Source: Myxococcota bacterium (GTDB lineage Bacteria; Myxococcota_A; UBA796; CAJQPC01). From it: DNA of 64,000 bases. The position numbers were made by a program, and so were the translations under genes. The first letter of the stretch is position 1. Every line of letters begins with the position of its first letter. The notes below the pieces were generated by a model, which saw only the letters and a list, made by a program, of their open reading frames with translations, was not told where the DNA came from and searched no databases. This document shows positions 58,990 to 64,000 of the stretch, piece after piece. The DNA is taken from assembly GCA_036229005.1 (NCBI GenBank), contig JAZAMN010000031.1:32001-96000 (forward strand). Reading direction: 5' to 3'.

Positions 58990-60894
58990 ATGCTGCTCTT
59001 CGCGCTCCTGGTGGCCTGCGATGCGAGAGACACCGGCCAGGGCTCCTCCCATGACACCGTAGCGGTCGACGACACAGGGTCGGCCGAAACCGGTGACACG
59101 GGCGATGCGCCGGAGGTGACTCCGGGGGGCCCAAGCTGCGAGAGCCCGGCGCGCGTGACCCAGGAGCAGCACCTGGACTGCGCGACGGGCTGGTACGCGG
59201 TGGAGGATGGGCTGTACTACTGGCCGGGGGACTGTGTCTGCAGCGTCGCCGGCAGCTTGGCCCTGGACCTGTCCGAGCTGCCGGAGGGCGCGGTGCTGGC
59301 CGGCCTGACGCAGGTGGAGCGGCTGAGGCTCACAAACGACGCGCCGGGTGCCCTCTTTGCCGACCTGGAGCGCGCGGACGGCATGATCCTGCAGGAGGGC
59401 ACGCAGCCCCGGAGCTTCCCCGCGCTCACGGATCTGGGCTGGATCGAGACCTTGGCGGGGTCCCCAGACACCAGCTTCCCCGCGCTGAAGTCGGCCGAGG
59501 GTTTCGAGCTGAGGGACGACGCCACGCTGGACTTCCCGGTCCTGGAGACGCTCGGCTCCCTCCGGCTCTACAGCGACCGACCCGGGCTGAGCTTCCCGAG
59601 CTTGACCAGCATCAGCAAGGAGCTGATCTTCTCGCAACAGACCCCCTCCGACCCGCTCCACAGCTTCCCGGTCCTGGTGAGCGTGGACACGCTCCAAGGG
59701 AGCGGTGAGGGCACGCCCGGAAGCTTCCCCGCGCTGGCGCACTTGGAAGAGCTGGACCTCACCACTGGGATCGGCCCCGACCCGGCGCACGAGCTCTTTC
59801 CGGCCCTGGCGAGCATCACCATGGTCGAGGCCACCCACGACGCGAGCGCAGACCTGGGCGAGGTCCTCGTGTTCAAGCGGCTCACCCTCCGGGATCAGGC
59901 CGTCATCCGCGCCAAGCTGGACCCAGGCGCCAGCGAGCTGGAGATCCTGGTCGACGACGACAGCCGACTGGAGCTGGACGGCGACACGGACCCCGAGCAG
60001 GTGATCACCGCCTACGGCCCGGGCGAGCTGGTCTTGCGCATGGAGGAGCTGCCGGCGACGCTGATCTGCGAGACCGAGCTGCACCTGAGCGGCGACGCCC
60101 TGACCCGCGCCGGAACTCTGAAGTTGGAGGACCAGGCCCAAGCGGAACTCAGCGCCCTCCAGACCCTGGGGACCCTGGAGCTGGACGACGACGCCCGCTT
60201 CACCGCAGACACCCTCCGCCAGGCGGAGACGCTGGAGGTCCGCACGAGCGAGCCCCTGAAGCTCCCCGGACTGGAGGAGATCGGCTCCCTGAGTGTTGAG
60301 CGAGGCGCGGTCCTCACGGCCACCGCTGTGACCCGGGCGGACAGCATCGCGGTCTACGGCGACGGCGACTTGAGCGGCCTGCTCACCCTGGGGAGCGGCG
60401 AATTCACCTACGGGAGCTACAACCTGAGCGCCCTGCAGAGCGCCCAGAGCCTGGACGTGGTCGACTGCAGCACCCTGGGCTCCCTGGCGCTGCTGGACAC
60501 CATCGAGACCCAGTCCAGCGCCTGCGCGCTGCCTGCGCTGACCGACTCCGTGAGCGGCGGCGCCATCGAGCTGTCCGGGAAGGCCCTCTACACCCTGCCG
60601 GATGGCGTCTCTCAGGTGGTGTGGTTCAAGAGCGGTTCGGGCAGCGTCACCCTGGAGAATCCCGGCGCCAAGGTGCTCCTGCAAGGCAACAGCACGACCC
60701 CCACACACAGCGTCGTGGACAGCGCCTACGTGGTGGAGGTCGACATGTACCGGGCGACCAGCCTGGGGACCCTGAGCGACCTGCAGAGCGCCAAGCGCCT
60801 GCGCTACTGCCTGCCCGACGTCCCCAAGGCGGACGTGGACGCCTGGGTCGCCAGCGTCTCAGTGAGCGGCACGGTCACAAACACCTGTCCCTGA
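58990..60894 (+). CDS. Lipoprotein with receptor-L-domain/LRR-like repeats
   Basis: GAGGAGG RBS, MLLFALLVAC, recurring (S/D)FPxLxxx and LxxLxx(L/I)GxL. Confidence 0.78.
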   Translation: MLLFALLVACDARDTGQGSSHDTVAVDDTGSAETGDTGDAPEVTPGGPSCESPARVTQEQHLDCATGWYAVEDGLYYWPGDCVCSVAGSLALDLSELPEGAVLAGLTQVERLRLTNDAPGALFADLERADGMILQEGTQPRSFPALTDLGWIETLAGSPDTSFPALKSAEGFELRDDATLDFPVLETLGSLRLYSDRPGLSFPSLTSISKELIFSQQTPSDPLHSFPVLVSVDTLQGSGEGTPGSFPALAHLEELDLTTGIGPDPAHELFPALASITMVEATHDASADLGEVLVFKRLTLRDQAVIRAKLDPGASELEILVDDDSRLELDGDTDPEQVITAYGPGELVLRMEELPATLICETELHLSGDALTRAGTLKLEDQAQAELSALQTLGTLELDDDARFTADTLRQAETLEVRTSEPLKLPGLEEIGSLSVERGAVLTATAVTRADSIAVYGDGDLSGLLTLGSGEFTYGSYNLSALQSAQSLDVVDCSTLGSLALLDTIETQSSACALPALTDSVSGGAIELSGKALYTLPDGVSQVVWFKSGSGSVTLENPGAKVLLQGNSTTPTHSVVDSAYVVEVDMYRATSLGTLSDLQSAKRLRYCLPDVPKADVDAWVASVSVSGTVTNTCP

Positions 60895-60915
60895 GGAGGG
60901 ACCTCAGCCGCGCGC

Positions 60916-62136
60916 TCAGGCCGCCTCTTCCTCCTCCTCCTCCTTCACAAGGTGAAGCGAGAAGGCCTCGGGTGCCTGGGCGCGGATGCCCTTGACGAGG
61001 TCTTCGTCGCTGAGGGTGGGGTCGGCGAGGCGGCGGCGGGCGACCTCGCGGACGAAGGCGCCGGTGAGGCCCTGGGTGAGCAGGGCCAGGGGCTGGACGC
61101 GCGGCAGCGGGACGCCGTAGTAGCCCAGGATGCGCGCGCGCTCGTCGAGATCGGGGGGCGGCAGGAACACGACCCGGTCCAGACGCCCCGCGCGCATGCC
61201 GGGCCAGTAGAGGCCACCGGGGCGGTTGGCGTCCTTGGCGGTCAGGGCGTCGTCCATGAAGGTGGCGATGACCAGGGGGACCTTGCCCTGCAGGCGATCC
61301 AGCAGGCCGGCCAGGCTCTGGTCCAGGCCGCCGCGCCCCAGCACGATGTCGTCCAGGAGCACGACGTCGGGGCGCAGCACCTTGGCCAGCTCCACGGCGG
61401 CGTCCTCGAAGCGCAGCCGCGCCGGGAACTGGAGGGTGCGGGCGCGCCCCAGAGCGGTGCGGGCCAGGCTGGTCTTGCCGGCCCCGGTGGGACCGACGAT
61501 CAGGGCGATGCGCGTGGCGCCGGTGCCCTGGGAGACCCAGGCCCGCAGGTCGTCGGCGACGCGCCCGATGGGGGCGTCCCGGACCTCGGCCAGAGGCGAC
61601 AGGGCGAGCTGCCAGTTGCTGGTGGACTCCTCCCCGACGACCCACGCGCTGCCCTGCTGCCAGATGCCCGAGAGCAGCTCGGCGGCCACGCCCGGGGCGC
61701 ACTCCACCAGCTCCCAGGACTCCCAGTCCTTGGTGGCCGCGACGACCGGCACGCCGTCCCGCTCCCAGAGCAGCAGCTCCGAGGCCGCGCCGCTGCGGCC
61801 GCTGCGCTGGGGCAGCTTGAGGGTGCGGAAGGCGCAGCGCTCCTTGAGCAGCGAGAGCAGCAGGGTCTGCACCATGGGCTTGTCGGCCACGGGGGTCCAG
61901 CCCTCGCGCTCCAGCAGCGAGCTCACGTCGGTGTCGGGGAGCAGGGCCTCGGCCAGGTGCCCGACCACGGAGACCACCGCGACGCCCCGCGCCAGGGGGC
62001 CACCCTCGCGGACCTCGCGCAGCGCACGCAGCACGCCATCCATCTCCCGCGTCGCATCCCGCAGGCGATCCAACACGCCAAAGACCTGCAGCCAGCGCAG
62101 GTCCTCACCACCAGTCTTGTTCTCTTGTGTTTCCAT
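60916..62136 (-). CDS. AAA+ ATPase
   Basis: GPTGAGKTS Walker A, VVLLDDI Walker B, RAGRLDR arginine-finger region. Confidence 0.85.
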   Translation of the reverse strand: METQENKTGGEDLRWLQVFGVLDRLRDATREMDGVLRALREVREGGPLARGVAVVSVVGHLAEALLPDTDVSSLLEREGWTPVADKPMVQTLLLSLLKERCAFRTLKLPQRSGRSGAASELLLWERDGVPVVAATKDWESWELVECAPGVAAELLSGIWQQGSAWVVGEESTSNWQLALSPLAEVRDAPIGRVADDLRAWVSQGTGATRIALIVGPTGAGKTSLARTALGRARTLQFPARLRFEDAAVELAKVLRPDVVLLDDIVLGRGGLDQSLAGLLDRLQGKVPLVIATFMDDALTAKDANRPGGLYWPGMRAGRLDRVVFLPPPDLDERARILGYYGVPLPRVQPLALLTQGLTGAFVREVARRRLADPTLSDEDLVKGIRAQAPEAFSLHLVKEEEEEEAA

Positions 62137-62218
62137 GGCGGGCAAGGGTAGGGCCCGGGCAAGATGCGACAACCCGCGACTTGCCAGTTCACACGCCCGA
62201 CATAGACTCCCCGGGGCC

Positions 62219-63061
62219 ATGGACGCATCCCTCCTCCAAGATCTGCTGGTCCAGGCCCTGAACCTCTCGCTGATGTTCTCGGTGGGCCTGGAGCTCGACC
62301 TGGCGCGGCTCCGCGCCATCCTGGACCGCAAGGCCTTGCTGCTCTCCGCCATCGCCTTCAACTTCCTGGCGGTGCCGGCGATGGCCGCCGGCCTGAACCA
62401 CCTGATGGTCCTCCCCGCGGGCGTCGCCACGGGACTGTTGCTCGCGGCCCTCTGCCCCGGGGGCGGCACCGGCACCCTGCTCACCCGCGCGGCCAAGGGC
62501 AGCCTGGAGCTCTCCGTGCTGCTGCTGGGGGTGCTCACGCTCCTGGCGGTCCCCCTGGTGCCCGTGCTGATGACCGTCGCGGGCGGGAGCCTGGACATCC
62601 AGCAGCAGGGGCCCGGTCCGCTGCTCAAGACGCTGCTGCTCTTCCAGCTCGCCCCCCTGCTGGCCGGGGTGGCCCTCAAGCGCGCCGCGAGTCAGGCTGC
62701 GGCGAAGGCCAACCGGGTGGCCAAGCCGGTCTCCAACACCATCTTCGGAGTGCTGGTGGTCGGGCTGCTCGTCACCCGGGGCCACCTGGTGACCACAGTC
62801 GGCCTGCCTGGGCTGACGGCCATGGTCATGGTCAGCCTGTCCTCGCTGGTGCTGCCGATCCTCTGGCCGCTGGAGCGCGCGGAGCGCGCGGCCTTGAGCC
62901 TGACCTCGGGGGTGAGGAACCTTGCGCTGGCGCTGCTGCTCTCCTCCTCCTTCTTCTCGGACGAGACGACCATCGCGGTGCTGAGCTTTGGGCTCTTCAT
63001 GTACCTGCTGGGCCTGCCGCTGGCGCTGATCTGGCGGGTTCGGGCTCCGGTGGGCGCCTGA
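62219..63061 (+). CDS. Bile acid:sodium symporter (BASS) family transporter
   Basis: LMFSVGL, NFLAVP, LCPGG, AKGSLELSV, GVRNLALAL. Confidence 0.9.
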   Translation: MDASLLQDLLVQALNLSLMFSVGLELDLARLRAILDRKALLLSAIAFNFLAVPAMAAGLNHLMVLPAGVATGLLLAALCPGGGTGTLLTRAAKGSLELSVLLLGVLTLLAVPLVPVLMTVAGGSLDIQQQGPGPLLKTLLLFQLAPLLAGVALKRAASQAAAKANRVAKPVSNTIFGVLVVGLLVTRGHLVTTVGLPGLTAMVMVSLSSLVLPILWPLERAERAALSLTSGVRNLALALLLSSSFFSDETTIAVLSFGLFMYLLGLPLALIWRVRAPVGA

Positions 63062-63098
63062 GCGGCGGTAGACTGGCGGCCGCTCACCCGAGGCTCCC

Positions 63099-64000
63099 AT
63101 GCTGCTGATTCTGGCCCTGCTCGCCTGCAAGAACGGCGATCCCGTGCAAGAGGACTCCGTGGTCGAGGTCCAGGACTCCGACAGCGACCCGGACCTGGAC
63201 GGCGACGGCTCCCCGGCCTCGGAGGACTGCGACGACAGCGACGCTGCGGTGCGCCCGGACGCCATCGAGACCTGCGATGGCATCGACAACGACTGCGACG
63301 AGGGGGTCGACGAGGGGGTGCAGACCACGTGGTGGGTTGATGAAGACGAGGACGGCTTCGGCGCCGGGGAACCCAGCACGGGCTGTGAGGCACCGGAGGG
63401 CAGCGCGGACAACGACGCGGACTGCGACGACACCGACCCCCAGGCCTGGCCCGAGGCCGAAGAGCTCTGTGACGGGGTGGACCAGGACTGCGATGGTGCC
63501 GTGGACGAGGGCGTGACCTTCACGGCCTGGGTGGACGCGGACGGCGACGGCTACGGGGACGAGGCCCAGCCGGTCGAGGTGTGCGAGCTGGAGGAGGGCA
63601 CCGCCGAGGTCTACGGAGACTGTGATGACACCCGCGACACGGTCAGCCCGGCGCTGGAGGAGGCCTGCGACGGCCTGGACAACGACTGCGACGAGACGGT
63701 GGACGAGGCCCTGGGCGAGGACGTGATGGTCACCCCAGATGGCTTCGAGGCCACACTGATCCTGGAGGACAGCGCCTATGCGTTCTCGGCGCTGGTGGTG
63801 GACCCCGTCACGGGCAACCTGCTCGTCACCAACGGCGGCTCCGGTCTGTACGAGGTCGACCCGGCCACCGGCACGATGACGCTGATCAGCAGCAACTCGC
63901 TGATCAAGCAGACCCCCAACGAGATGGTCTGGGGTGACGGCGTGCTGATCCCCAGCGACCAGCTCATGCTCAGCGAGCACAACGCGACCTCCAGCTCCAG
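63099..64000 (+). CDS. Lipoprotein with Cys/Asp 'putative metal-binding' repeats and probable beta-propeller; runs off the window end
   Basis: MLLILALLAC then DCDD...E.CDG.DNDCD repeats; no stop before 64000, so absent from the ORF track. Confidence 0.85.
   Translation, partial: MLLILALLACKNGDPVQEDSVVEVQDSDSDPDLDGDGSPASEDCDDSDAAVRPDAIETCDGIDNDCDEGVDEGVQTTWWVDEDEDGFGAGEPSTGCEAPEGSADNDADCDDTDPQAWPEAEELCDGVDQDCDGAVDEGVTFTAWVDADGDGYGDEAQPVEVCELEEGTAEVYGDCDDTRDTVSPALEEACDGLDNDCDETVDEALGEDVMVTPDGFEATLILEDSAYAFSALVVDPVTGNLLVTNGGSGLYEVDPATGTMTLISSNSLIKQTPNEMVWGDGVLIPSDQLMLSEHNATSSS

Overview
High-GC bacterial chromosomal window, most likely an uncultured Myxococcota-like organism (inferred from a MYXO-CTERM sorting signal, Cys/Asp 'putative metal-binding' repeat lipoproteins and myxobacterial-type HDAC and aconitase genes). 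It starts with RNase P RNA (rnpB, with an unusually long P12) and a tRNA-CAU. Housekeeping and envelope genes follow (tdk, maeB, thiD, M32 carboxypeptidase, mpg, ychF, OPT and BASS transporters). A ~14.6 kb chemosensory locus holds 2 CheA, 2 CheW, 2 CheR, 2 CheB, CheD, 2 CheY, 2 CheX-like proteins and one MCP. Downstream of ychF is a Lamassu/ABC-three-component defence operon with an HNH effector. The least explained elements are: (1) three tandem mosaic paralogues of an apparently non-catalytic alpha/beta-hydrolase lipoprotein behind a G10 tract; (2) two head-to-head arrays of 5 x 31-bp repeats; (3) MshEN-like putative c-di-GMP motifs inside a CheA and in a neighbouring stand-alone protein; (4) a catalytically dead HDAC; (5) a permuted TrxR-like flavoprotein fused to a membrane 4Fe-4S domain; (6) window-wide very short, uncharged lipoprotein signal peptides and leaderless-type promoters; (7) an AraC gene bracketed by direct repeats. 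All calls come from reading motifs by eye; no database searches were run.
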